The notes beneath the pieces are model-generated. The model had not been told where the DNA came from. It saw only the letters and a program-made list of their open reading frames with translations, and made no database searches. DNA of 41,144 nt from an uncultured Victivallales bacterium (GTDB lineage: Bacteria; Verrucomicrobiota; Kiritimatiellia; UBA8416; SLMC01): positions 1 through 41,144 of the forward strand of contig CAZYAW010000105.1 of NCBI GenBank assembly GCA_964646045.1, given 5' to 3'. The first letter of the stretch is position 1. Each line of letters opens with the position of its first letter. The position numbers were made by a program, and so were the translations under genes. This document shows, piece after piece, positions 8,453-21,185 of the stretch.

Positions 8453-10656
8453 GCCGACCTTTCCTTTCGAGTTTTCGACTTCCGATTTCCGACTTTAGAG
8501 TGGCGAGAGATGTCCGGCTTCAGATGCAGCAGCCGGCGTTCCATATCCACGCCGGCCACGGCGACGGACAGGCGCGTACCGGCACGATAGACGATGCCGC
8601 CCGTTTCCAGGGCGCCGGCGCGATAGCGGTGGCGACCGCCGCGCGAGGCGGTCAGCCGTTCGCGCGGGATCAACCCCTGGACGCGCAGCGCGGGCAGCTC
8701 GACGAAGCAGCCGAAGCGCCGGACTTCGGCGACGACCGCTTCGTAGGGGCCCGAGTCGCCGGCGCGTAGCCGACGCAGCAGATGGCGCAGGGTCATGCGT
8801 TCGTACACGTCGCGGGTGGCCTGATCGGCTTCGCGCTCGGTTTGCGAGGCGTGGACCGCGATGCGCTGTTGCGCGGCTCCGGCGCTTTCGCTCCCGGCCG
8901 GGTCGGCGTCGGCCGGCCACAGGGTCGCGACAAGCCGCCGATGAATGGCGAGGTCGGGGTAGCGTCGAATGGGCGATGTGAAATGCGTGTAGTGGCGCTT
9001 GGCCAGTCCGAAGTGGCCCGCTTCGCGAGCCGAATAGCAGGCGCGTTTCATGCTGCGCAGGACCAGCAAGCGCAGGGTGTATTCGAGCGGATCGCCCTGG
9101 CAGCGCCGCAGGAATTCGGCCAGACGACGCGGATGGTCGAGTCGTCCGGCGGCGTAGCCCATGCGCTTCAGGCGTTCGGACAGCTCCTGCAGCTTCTCCG
9201 GGTCCGGGGCCTCGTGATAGCGCGACAAGGCCGGAATCTGCCGCGCATGCAATTCGCGGGCGACCGCTTCGTTGGCGGCCACCATGCACTCTTCGATCAG
9301 TTGATGGGCGGCGTCGCCGGCACGCACGCGGATGGCGCGGATGCGGCCTTGTTCGTCGAGGCTCAGTTCCGGTTCGGGAATGTCGAAATCGAGGGCGTTT
9401 TCTGCCATGCGGCGGGCGCGCAGGGTTTGGGCCAGGCGGTGCAGTTCCAGCAGGGTCGGCGCCAGAGGCGCGGGTACGGCCTGCGGGTCGGCGCCGGCGA
9501 TGAGGGACTGCGCCTGCTCGTAGGTCAGGCGCGCGGCGGAACGGATCAGGCTGCGGGCGAAGCGTCGGCCCAGCGGCCGGCCGGCGGCGTCGAAAAGCAT
9601 GAAAACGGAGATAGCGGCACGGTCCTCGCCCGGTTTCAGGCTGCAGAGGCCGTTGGAGAGTTGTTCGGGAAGCATGGGCAGTACGCGGTCCGGGAAATAG
9701 ACGCTGGTGCCCCGTTGAAAGGCTTCTTGGTCCAGGACGCCGCCGGCGGGTACGAACGCGGCGACATCGGCGATGTGCACGCCCAGTTCGAGGCGGTCGT
9801 CGGGCAGGCGGGTCAGGGAAACGGCGTCGTCGAAATCGCGCGCGTCGCGAGGATCGACGGTCCAGGTCGGCAGGGCGCGCAAGTCGGTGCGGTGTTGCAG
9901 GAAGCGTGCGGGTTCGTCGGCGAATTGGCGAGCCGCGGCGGCGGCCGCGGCCAGGACGGCGGCGGGAAATTCGGCGCGCAGACCGTATTGCAGCACGGCC
10001 GCTTCGGTATCGGCGCCGGGCCGTTCGGGATCGCCGAGCGTTTCGAGGATTTCGCAAAGCGGTTCGGGCAGACCGGCCGGCCAGTCGGCAAAGCGCACCA
10101 CGACCTGTTCGCCTTCGCGCGCGTCCGCGGCGGGTTGCGCGTGCAGGGCGATGCGGTAGCGCGGATCGAGCGGGATCACGCGCCAGCCGTGGCGCGCGCG
10201 CCGCAGCTCGCCCACGATGGGATTCGTGTTGCGGCGCAGAACCTGGAGAACGGTTCCGCGCGCCTCTTCCCCGCCGCCCGCGCGCGGCGGACGGGAACGG
10301 GACGGCGCGCGGCGCGGGCGGATTTCGACCTCGACCCAGTCGCCGTGCAGGGCCTGGCCCATGCGGGTGGCGGATATGGCGGCGACTTGGCCGGTTTCCG
10401 GATGGCGCACGAGGCCCCGGCCGCTGCGCAAGGCTTGCAGGCGACCCTCCATCCGTTCGCCCGTTGACGCGGAGGGGCGGCGCGGCGCGCCGGCTCGCTC
10501 CGTTTGCGCCAGCAGGCGCGGCAGCAGTTTGCGCAGGCGCTTGCGGTCCTTGCCTTTCAAATCGAGCGCGGCGGCCCATTGCGCCGCGGAACGCGCGGGC
10601 GCCGGGGTTCGGTTCGCGTATTCGCGGATGGCGCGTTCCATTTCCCGCTTGTTCAT
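8443..10656 (-). CDS. rnr: Ribonuclease R (RNB family 3'-5' exoribonuclease)
   Basis: RNB motifs DPRDARDFDDAVS, HIADVAAFV, YFPDRVLPMLPE and HFGLA...YTHFTSPIRRYPDLAIHR, plus a C-terminal S1 domain (GCFVELPALRVQGLI). The start is ATG 10656 (MNKREMERAI). The 1028-aa track ORF extends further as a shadow over the next gene. Confidence 0.9.
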   Translation of the reverse strand: MNKREMERAIREYANRTPAPARSAAQWAAALDLKGKDRKRLRKLLPRLLAQTERAGAPRRPSASTGERMEGRLQALRSGRGLVRHPETGQVAAISATRMGQALHGDWVEVEIRPRRAPSRSRPPRAGGGEEARGTVLQVLRRNTNPIVGELRRARHGWRVIPLDPRYRIALHAQPAADAREGEQVVVRFADWPAGLPEPLCEILETLGDPERPGADTEAAVLQYGLRAEFPAAVLAAAAAAARQFADEPARFLQHRTDLRALPTWTVDPRDARDFDDAVSLTRLPDDRLELGVHIADVAAFVPAGGVLDQEAFQRGTSVYFPDRVLPMLPEQLSNGLCSLKPGEDRAAISVFMLFDAAGRPLGRRFARSLIRSAARLTYEQAQSLIAGADPQAVPAPLAPTLLELHRLAQTLRARRMAENALDFDIPEPELSLDEQGRIRAIRVRAGDAAHQLIEECMVAANEAVARELHARQIPALSRYHEAPDPEKLQELSERLKRMGYAAGRLDHPRRLAEFLRRCQGDPLEYTLRLLVLRSMKRACYSAREAGHFGLAKRHYTHFTSPIRRYPDLAIHRRLVATLWPADADPAGSESAGAAQQRIAVHASQTEREADQATRDVYERMTLRHLLRRLRAGDSGPYEAVVAEVRRFGCFVELPALRVQGLIPRERLTASRGGRHRYRAGALETGGIVYRAGTRLSVAVAGVDMERRLLHLKPDISRHSKVGNRKSKTRKERSACH

Positions 10657-11702
10657 AGCGCGCTCCCGCCGAAGATCCAGAGCGCCAGCGGAATGCCGAC
10701 CGCCAGGTAGAAGGCGGACGAGACGACGAACAGCAGGGAGGCTTCCTTGGGTTTGATGAAGAACATGTTGGCGACGGCCACCCCCATGACGCCGACCGAT
10801 ACGGAGGACTGGATCAGGAAAATACGCAGCGCGAGCCCCTCCAGCGGATAGGGGGTCAGGCGGGTCAGTCCGACGAGGAACAGTCCGATGAGCGGTCCGA
10901 CCAGGTGACGAACGCCCAGGGTGACCAGTACGGCCCGGCCCAGTCCGCGCGCACTGCGGAAGTGCAGGCGCAGACCGATCGAGAAGTAGGCGCCGACAAT
11001 GACCGCGTGAATGACGATGTCCAGCAGGCGCCAGCGCGCGACGAACGGCGGGACGGGCACGCGCCAGGCGGTCAGCGCGATGGCCGCCAGGCAGGTGTAG
11101 AGTCCGGCGGCGCGCCAGTGCAGCAGGTTGCCCAGCATCAGTTCGCCGAGTCCGATCTTGCGCGCGGTCGGAGCATGGGTTTGCGCGATGGTATAGGACA
11201 GCAGCACGAAGGCGAAGAAAGTGTACATGGCGTACACGGTGCTCAGGCCCAGACCGCGTTCGCCATAGAGCAGATAGACGACGAAGCCGGCCATGGTGAC
11301 GCCGTGATTGCCGATGCCGCAACTGAAGCCGACCATGCCGCGTTCGGCGCGGTCGGCGAACAGGTGTCGCCCGATGCGCAACGCGAAGAGCGCCATCAGC
11401 GTCGTTTGCACGGCGCCCAGCGCGGGCAGCCAGGCGGCAATCGGCGGCGGGGCGGCCCGCCAGATGGCCAGAAAGCCCACGGCGGGGTAGCCGAACACCG
11501 ACACGGCGGTCATCAGGCGGCGCGCGCAATGCTCGTCAAGCCAGTTTCTTTTTCGGGCCAGATAGCCGAGCGCCGTGCTGGCGGCGATCAGGGTCAGGGA
11601 CGCCAAAAATCTTTGTTCAACGGTCACCGTCGCCTCCGGCCGTTGCCTGCGCGGGGATTCGGATGTGTGCCATGCCGCCCGGCCCCTCCAGCGTCGCGCC
11701 AT
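10653..11702 (-). CDS. AEC-type (auxin-efflux-carrier-like) membrane permease
   Basis: About 10 TM segments with no soluble domains. Its stop overlaps the rnr start by 4 nt. The start is uncertain: ATG 11702, or GTG 11627 which removes an Arg-rich leader. Confidence 0.55.
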   Translation of the reverse strand: MARRWRGRAAWHTSESPRRQRPEATVTVEQRFLASLTLIAASTALGYLARKRNWLDEHCARRLMTAVSVFGYPAVGFLAIWRAAPPPIAAWLPALGAVQTTLMALFALRIGRHLFADRAERGMVGFSCGIGNHGVTMAGFVVYLLYGERGLGLSTVYAMYTFFAFVLLSYTIAQTHAPTARKIGLGELMLGNLLHWRAAGLYTCLAAIALTAWRVPVPPFVARWRLLDIVIHAVIVGAYFSIGLRLHFRSARGLGRAVLVTLGVRHLVGPLIGLFLVGLTRLTPYPLEGLALRIFLIQSSVSVGVMGVAVANMFFIKPKEASLLFVVSSAFYLAVGIPLALWIFGGSAL

Positions 11703-11819
11703 CGCGTTGCGCCCGGAAGGGCAGGCGCAGCGGATCGAACGTGAATGCGACGCGGACGCCGGATTCGAGATGCATTCGGAGCGTGAGGGCGGCGCGCATG
11801 AACTCCTCGGGGTTGGCGA

Positions 11820-12960
11820 TTATACGGACGCGGCGTCCGACGGTTCCACTTTGTTTTGCGCCCGCTGCTTGAGCCAGGCTTCGATGAAGAGGTCGATGTC
11901 GCCGTCCAGGACGGCGCTCACATTGGACGTTTCCGCCTTGGTACGGTGATCCTTGACCATCGTATAGGGTTGCAGTACGTACGAGCGGATTTGGCTGCCC
12001 CAGGCGATTTCCCCCTTTTTGCCGTAGAAACGCTCCATTTCCTTGCGCTTGAGATCCTGATTGTACTCGTATACCTTGGCCTTGAGCATGCTCATGGCCT
12101 TGGCGCGGTTCTTGTGCTGCGAGCGTTCCGCCTGGCAGGCCACGACCATGCCGGTCGGCAGGTGGGTCAGGCGAATGGCGGAATCGGTGGTGTTGACGTG
12201 CTGTCCGCCCTTGCCGCTCGAGCGGTAGGTATCCACGCGCAGATCGTCGTCCAGGATTTCCACCTCGACATCGTCGTTGAGTTCGGCGACCACGTCCATG
12301 GCGGCGAACGAGGTGTGGCGGCGCTTGTTGGCGTCGAAAGGGCTGATGCGCACCAGGCGGTGTACGCCGCGCTCGGCCTTGAGGTAGCCGTAGGCCATGG
12401 GACCGGAGACCAGAAACGAGACGCTGCGCAGACCCGCTTCCTCGCCCGGCTGAATCTCGAGCGGTTCCAACTGGAAGTCGTGTTCTTCGGCATAGCGCCG
12501 GTACATGCGGAAGAGCATGGCCGCCCAGTCGCAGGATTCCGTGCCGCCGGCGCCGGCGTGCAGGGTCAGGTAGGCGTTGTTGGCGTCGAAACGGTCGGCC
12601 AGCAGCGCCTGCACTTCCAGCGAACGCACGGCTTTCTCGCATCTGGCCAGCAGCGTTCGCACCTCCGCCAGCGCCTGGTCGCGCGCGGTCGCGTCGCTTT
12701 CCGTCGCGGCCAGCTCGTAGAGGAGCGTGGCCTCCTCCGCGGCGGCGGCGGCCTTTTCGAAAGGTCCGACCACGGCCCGGTGCCGGGTGGCTTCGGCCAA
12801 TACGGCGCGCGCGGCTTCCGGTTGATCCCAGAAGCCCGGCGCGGCGGTTTGCATGTCCAGTTCGGCCAGGGCGGTTACGCGCGAGGCGACGTCAAAGATA
12901 CCCCCGCATCTCTTCGACCTGTTCGTTAAGCGCGCTCAGCCAGGCGGGAAGGTCTTCCAT
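11820..12960 (-). CDS. prfB: Peptide chain release factor 2, made by a programmed +1 frameshift
   Basis: The downstream frame carries SGKGGQHVNTTDSAIRLTHLPTG (GGQ motif). The upstream frame starts at ATG 12960 and reads [22 protein letters not shown] then TGA. A +1 shift continues as DVASRVTALAELDMQTAAPGFWDQ. Confidence 0.9.
12891..12905 (-). promoter_or_regulatory. RF2 autoregulatory +1 frameshift site (GGGGG TAT CTT TGA C)
   Basis: The reverse complement reads cGGGGGTATCTTTGAC. An SD-like G-run lies 3 nt upstream of the slippery CTT, followed by an in-frame TGA then C, which is the canonical prfB context. Confidence 0.85.
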
Positions 12961-14802
12961 GATATCTCCTTTTGCGTAGGTGAACCGACAGGAGGCCGAT
13001 CAGACTCAGCGCGACCGCCGCGGCGGCCGGCTGCGCGAAAAACCGATCACCGTGCCGGGTGTAAAAAGTCCATGCCATGTCCGGGCCGGGCGCCCGCAGG
13101 CGTTCGGTGCGGATTTCGGCGCGATCCGTATGGCCGTTGCGGACCAGTTCCGCGGTTTTCCTGTCGAGTCGGCCGCAACGGTCGATGAAGCCGCTCACGC
13201 CGGTATTGGCGGCCCGCACCATGGGCACGCGGTTTTCCACGCAGCGGAAGACGGCGTGCGACAGATGCTGATGCGCGGCGCTGGTGCCGTCGAACCAGGC
13301 GTCGTTGGTCTGGTTGGCCAGAAAACGCGCGCCGGCCCGCACGGCGTCGCGGGCCAGGTAGGCGAAAACGTCCTCGAAGCAGATCAGCGCCGCAAAACGG
13401 GTCTCGGTTGCGGCGGCGGGCCCGGCGGCGGGCCCGGCGGCAGGCCGGGCGGCCAGCGGGAGGTTGAACACGGTCGGGTCGCGGCCCGCCGCGCAACTGA
13501 AACCCAGCGGGGCCAGGCGGCGGATGAACTCGCAGTGCTGGTCCAGCGGCAGATATTCGCCGAACGGCACCAGATGTCGTTTGCGATAGACGCCGAGCAC
13601 GGATCCGTCCGCGCCCACCAGGAAGGAGCTGTTGTAGTAGCGCGGAAACCAGGGGGACGAGGCGTTCGGATGTTGCCAGAGCGTCTCGCCGGTGGCGGGG
13701 TCCGCCAGCGGTTCGGACGCTTGCAGCTCGGCCAGCGACGTTTCGGACAGTTCCAGGGCGCCGGCCAGAATCGGCGCGCCGCGCGCGGCCAGACTGCGCG
13801 TGAACGACGACGCGCGGGGATCAACGTTGAACGGATCGGGCAGGGCGGTTTCCGGCCAGACAATGAGGTCGGGTCGGCCCGTGGCGGCCATTTCGGTCTT
13901 GCGGCGCAGGCTGTCGTACACCTGCTCGCCGTATTCTTCCGGCCATTTCTTGACTTGCGGAATATTCGGCTGCACGGCGCGCGCGACGACGGGCGTGTCC
14001 TGCGCGGCGGTCGCGGAATGAAGGCGAATCTGGCCGGCGCCCTGCAGCAGACTGAAGGCCGCCAGCAGCAGGCCGACCATCAGTTCCGGATGAAAGCGCG
14101 AGGGGCGCCGTCGCGCGATGAGGTCGGCAAAGCGGAAGCCGGTGACGGTCAGCGCCACATTGACGACCATGACCAGGGCGGAGACGCTGTACACGCCGCC
14201 CCAGGCGGCGGTCTGGATGATGGCGATTTGGCGGTACTGACTGATCCCCAGCGCGTTCCAGGGGAAACCCGAGAAAAGAACGGAACGGCCGTATTCCAGG
14301 CCCACCCAGCACAGGGGCACGAGCGCGAGCAGCATCGTTTGCCGCAGGGCCGGCGCGCGTCGGACCGGCGGCGACGGCAGACCGGAAACCGCGCAATGGC
14401 GGGCCAGATGCGCGGTCAGATACAGGAAGAGACCGGTATAGACGGCGCAGTAGAGCGCGAGGGCCAGCCAGCCGATCACGGCCAACGGGTAGGGGGCGCC
14501 GGTGCGGCCCAGGGCCGGCAGCCAGGCGAGACTGCACAGCCAGAAGACGCAGCCGGAGAGGAAGCCGTAGCGCCAGCAGGCGGCCGGCGGCGTGAGCCAG
14601 GCCACGACCAGCAGGGGCACGAACGCGACCCAGGCGGATTCGGGCGCCGCCAGCGGCGGGAAGGCGCTGGCCAGCAGCAGACCCGCGCCGCCGGCGGCCA
14701 GCGGGCGCCAGAGCCGGGACGGCCACGAGGATGGCGGAGCGGCGTCGGTTGCGGAACCGTTCGCGCATGGCGCGGCGGAGGCGTGCAGGAGATCGGCTAC
14801 AT

Positions 14803-14806
<4 letters not shown>
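12926..14806 (-). CDS. lnt: Apolipoprotein N-acyltransferase
   Basis: N-terminal polytopic domain plus a CN-hydrolase domain with triad contexts [10 protein letters not shown] (Glu), [14 protein letters not shown] (Lys) and ALICFEDVF (Cys). The start ATG 14806 overlaps the secA stop (ATGA). The last 35 nt overlap the prfB start. Confidence 0.85.
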
Positions 14807-17865
<3,059 letters not shown>

Positions 17866-17890
17866 GGGGGAATCCTCGTTATAAATGACT

Positions 17891-18619
17891 TCACTTGCCC
17901 AGTTCCAGTCGTTTGGCCAGCCGTTCCGGCAGTCCGACCTTTCTGATCTTGGCCTGGGCGGCGGCGATGTCGTAGGGCAGTCGCCGGAACTCAATGGCGC
18001 GTTTTTCCATGTCGTACAGCACGTAGGAGGCCTGGGGGTTGCCGTCGCGCGGCTGACCGACGCTGCCGACGTTGACGTAGTACTTCATGCCCAGTGTCAG
18101 GCGCATGTTCTGGGGATCGAGTCTGCGCGACCGTCCGCTTTTCTCGAAGATGAGCGGTACATGGGTGTGCCCGTGAAAGCAGACGGAGGTGGACTGGTAG
18201 TTGAAGTGCGAATCGGCCTCCAGAGCGTCGAAGACATAGCCCCATTTTTCGGGCATGTCCAGCGTACTGTGCACCAGCGTAAAGCCGTCCACGCGCAGGT
18301 TGTACTTGAGTCCCTGCAAATAGCGAATCTGCTCGTCGGTCAATTGACGGCGGGTCCAGTCGATGACATTGGCCGCCAGCGGGTGAAAGTCGTCGAGACA
18401 TTCGTCGTGCGCGCAGTAGTGGTCGTGATTGCCGCGCGCCACGCTGCAACCGAGCGCGCGCACTTTTTCCAGACATTCCGCCGGGTTGGCGTTGTAGCCC
18501 ACGATGTCGCCCACGCACACGTAGCCCGTGGCGCCCTGTTGCTCGGCGTCGGCGAGCACCACGGTCAGGGCTTCCAGGTTGCTGTGAATGTCGCCCAGTA
18601 CGGCATACTTCTTTTTCAT
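17891..18619 (-). CDS. Metallophosphoesterase (calcineurin-like, YfcE/MJ0936-type)
   Basis: [14 protein letters not shown]...VCVGDIVGY...RGNHDHY...FHGHTH are the canonical metallophosphoesterase motifs. ATG 18619 is chosen inside the longer track ORF. Confidence 0.8.
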   Translation of the reverse strand: MKKKYAVLGDIHSNLEALTVVLADAEQQGATGYVCVGDIVGYNANPAECLEKVRALGCSVARGNHDHYCAHDECLDDFHPLAANVIDWTRRQLTDEQIRYLQGLKYNLRVDGFTLVHSTLDMPEKWGYVFDALEADSHFNYQSTSVCFHGHTHVPLIFEKSGRSRRLDPQNMRLTLGMKYYVNVGSVGQPRDGNPQASYVLYDMEKRAIEFRRLPYDIAAAQAKIRKVGLPERLAKRLELGK

Positions 18620-18636
18620 CGCGCGCGCGGCCTCGT

Positions 18637-19314
18637 TTAAACCTTCAGAATGGCGGCCGCAAGCGCAAGATCTTCCGGCGTAGTGATTTTGACGTTGGAT
18701 GTCGATGCGGACACCAGATGCACGGGAATGTCGTTGAGTTCGAGAGCCTGCGCCTCGTCGCTCAGCGTTTCGCCTTTGCCGGTCAGCGCTTCCAAGGCGT
18801 CCAGCAACGTCTTGCGCTTGAAGGTCTGCGGCGTCTGGGCCGCCCACAACTTGCTGCGATCCAACGTCTTGGCGACTTTCAGGCCCCGTTCGACATACTT
18901 GACCGTGTCGCCGATCGGAATGGCGGCCACCCCGGAACCGTAGCGTTTGGCCGACTTGACGGTTTCGGAGATCAGTTCCGGAGTCACGCAGGGGCGTGCT
19001 CCGTCGTGAACGGCGACGATGACGGCGTCGTTGTCCAGAGCCCGCAGTCCGGCGGCCACCGAACCCTGCCGCGTGGCCGCGCCGACCACGACACTCTTGA
19101 CCTTGGTGAACCCGTACATGCGCGCCATGGCGAAAGCGCCTTCCAACCGGTCCTTGCGCACGACCAGAATGACTCCGTCGATGTCGGGGCAGCGTTCAAA
19201 GGCCCGCAACGAATAGGCCAGCACCGGCATGTTGCCCAGATTGAAAAAAGCCTTGTCGACCAACGGGCCCATTCTTTTGCTTTTGCCCGCCGCCACCACA
19301 ATGCCGTAGTTCAT
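18637..19314 (-). CDS. ispD: 2-C-methyl-D-erythritol 4-phosphate cytidylyltransferase
   Basis: MNYGIVVAAGKSKRMG, VLVVRKD, VHDGARPCV and AQTPQTF are IspD signatures. ATG 19314 is preceded by GGAGGA. Confidence 0.88.
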   Translation of the reverse strand: MNYGIVVAAGKSKRMGPLVDKAFFNLGNMPVLAYSLRAFERCPDIDGVILVVRKDRLEGAFAMARMYGFTKVKSVVVGAATRQGSVAAGLRALDNDAVIVAVHDGARPCVTPELISETVKSAKRYGSGVAAIPIGDTVKYVERGLKVAKTLDRSKLWAAQTPQTFKRKTLLDALEALTGKGETLSDEAQALELNDIPVHLVSASTSNVKITTPEDLALAAAILKV

Positions 19315-19744
19315 GTTTCCTCCATGGCCCGTCCGCAATCCGCCTGCGCGGCGCAATGGCCGTACTTCTCCGCACTGCGGAATAGCCGCTGTCAATGAGG
19401 CGTTTATGAATAAAAAATCAAAATAGACATCCGTCTCGCATCCGCGTTCCGTCCGTCAACTTCGGCATCCGCTCTCGCCCGGTCCGCGACAGCCACTTCT
19501 GCAGCGACAATATACACAAGGAATAGCGCCCCCGCCGCAATACGTCAAGCGACAAATTCCAGGCAAATTGTCACGGTTCGAAAACGCGAGAAATGATTCG
19601 CGCAAAGATCGCCAAGCCGGATGAAAACGGCTAGGCCTGCCGGAAGCACGCGTCTCTCGGACAAGGCTCTTCCGGGCAAGTGGAGCCATAGTCGGAGCCT
19701 GGCCGAAAAAATATTTTTTGTTGCGTATCGAAGGGGAGTAGACT

Positions 19745-19933
19745 ATGTTTCGGACGGATTGGGTTGGCCGGGGACTATTCCCGACCGTCGGCGCCGTTGC
19801 GATGACACGACAACTTGCGTGCGTTGGCTCGACTTCGGGAACCCATTGGCGGAGAGGCTGGAACCGGTCTGAACGGCGGACTGCTTCCGAAAAGACGAGC
19901 GGGCCGCACCCCGGCGCCACCACGAGATTATGA
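19745..19933 (+). CDS. Candidate 62-aa small ORF at the head of the envelope operon (speculative)
   Basis: ATG is preceded by GAAGGGGAG at 6-nt spacing, and the stop TGA overlaps the ATG of the next gene (ATGA). Third-position GC looks lower than in neighbouring genes, so coding status is uncertain. Confidence 0.25.
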   Translation: MFRTDWVGRGLFPTVGAVAMTRQLACVGSTSGTHWRRGWNRSERRTASEKTSGPHPGATTRL

Positions 19934-20805
19934 AGGTCGACGACAGCGAATTATGGATCTGGCGGCATTTCGCCGTCCGATTGCCCCGCGACTGGGAGAT
20001 GCTGCAGTTTTCCTGCAACGCTCGCACCGGCCGCTGCGCCTTTGCCGATCGGTATGCGTTTCGTTTCGAGCTGAGCTGGAACCGTGTGCCGGGTCCGCCC
20101 GACGTGGACCGCATGTTGTCCGATTACGCGGCGGAACTCATGCGGGACGGAGAAAGCCGTCCGCGCCGCGTCCGTCGCGCGGAGTGGTATGGTCTTGAAA
20201 TCAGGAACGGTCCCGAGTCCGCATCCCGCTACGGATGTTATATCGGCGATCATGGCTACCTGTTGGAGGCCGTGTTTCCATGGCCGAGTCGCGTGGACCG
20301 GCCTCTGGCGCACGCCGTTCTCGACAGCATACACGTGGAGACCGCGAATGCGGACGGATTCCGGCGCTGGCGCGCTTTCGGCATGGAAGTGCTGGCGCCG
20401 CCGGGGCTGGATCTGCAGTCCTGTCGCGTGTTGCCGGCGCAGGCCGAGATGGTGTTTGCGGACAAGCGGAGCCGACGCGAGTTGCGGGTGGAGCGTCTGG
20501 GCATGGTTTCCGAATGGCTGCGGGGCTCGCCGACCGACTGGGTCAAGAAGACCGCGCCGCCGCATATGGCGGAGGCGCCGGCGTGCGTTACGCAAAGGAA
20601 CGGACACGATATTGTCCGCCTGATCGGCAAATCGCGTGGCCTGCCGGGACGGCGGCGAGCGGTCGACGAACGGTGCGGCTGGCGCTGTCCGGAAAGCGGT
20701 CGTCTGTTCGGGCTGAGCGTAAAGGGCATGCCGGCGCCGTCGCCATCGCGGACGGCCTGGGCGGACTGCGTGGGTTGTTGCGCGGTCCGGAGCGCGGCGT
20801 TATGA
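19930..20805 (+). CDS. Hypothetical soluble protein with an internal tandem duplication
   Basis: 291 aa with no TM segments. The two halves share a W..F...L.P......S......FAD+....EL...R pattern (aa ~8-50 versus ~146-190). Its stop overlaps the next start (ATGA). Confidence 0.6.
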   Translation: MKVDDSELWIWRHFAVRLPRDWEMLQFSCNARTGRCAFADRYAFRFELSWNRVPGPPDVDRMLSDYAAELMRDGESRPRRVRRAEWYGLEIRNGPESASRYGCYIGDHGYLLEAVFPWPSRVDRPLAHAVLDSIHVETANADGFRRWRAFGMEVLAPPGLDLQSCRVLPAQAEMVFADKRSRRELRVERLGMVSEWLRGSPTDWVKKTAPPHMAEAPACVTQRNGHDIVRLIGKSRGLPGRRRAVDERCGWRCPESGRLFGLSVKGMPAPSPSRTAWADCVGCCAVRSAAL

Positions 20806-21185
20806 CGCGACCGGCGCAGCGCATGCAGGCCGACTGGCGTCGGATGCTGGACGCCGCGCCGCTCCGCAACCGCGCGGCGGCCGTGAAAACCGACGGCAAC
20901 GGCGAGCGGAGCATAACGGTGCCGCGCGAGCGGCCGTGGTGGCTGCGCATACCGCTCGTGGGGTGGGCCGTGGCCGTGGGGGAGAAACGTACGTTGAGAC
21001 TGGATCGGCTCGGTAGCGAAGTGTGGGACCTTTGCGACGGCCAACGGACGGTCGAGGGGATTGTCGATGATTTTGCGCAACGTCACCGCCTGACATTTCA
21101 CGAGGCTCGGGCGGCGGTGACGGTATACTTGAAGACGCTGGTTCAGCGCGGCGCGCTGGCGCTCGAGATGCCGGAGGAAAATTGA
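20802..21185 (+). CDS. PqqD-family (RiPP-recognition-element-like) small protein
   Basis: The C-terminal ~70 aa (LDRLGSEVWDLCDGQRTVEGIVDDFAQRHRLTFHEARAAVTVYLKTLVQRGALAL) match the PqqD winged-helix pattern. It is coupled at both ends by 4-nt overlaps. Confidence 0.7.
   Translation: MTRPAQRMQADWRRMLDAAPLRNRAAAVKTDGNGERSITVPRERPWWLRIPLVGWAVAVGEKRTLRLDRLGSEVWDLCDGQRTVEGIVDDFAQRHRLTFHEARAAVTVYLKTLVQRGALALEMPEEN

Noticed and set aside
8443-11529. Single 1028-aa ORF spanning RNase R and the region upstream
   Set aside because: Only the part from MNKREMERAI (ATG 10656) has RNase R features. The N-terminal ~290 aa is Arg/Pro-rich and overlaps, out of frame, a convincing 10-TM permease gene.
19396-19929. 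Riboswitch, SRP RNA, 6S RNA or tRNA in the long intergenic region
   Set aside because: Hairpins are present, but I could not match conserved cores such as the SRP GGAA-loop/AGCA motif, RNase P, the cobalamin or SAM boxes, or a tRNA cloverleaf. It needs a covariance-model scan.
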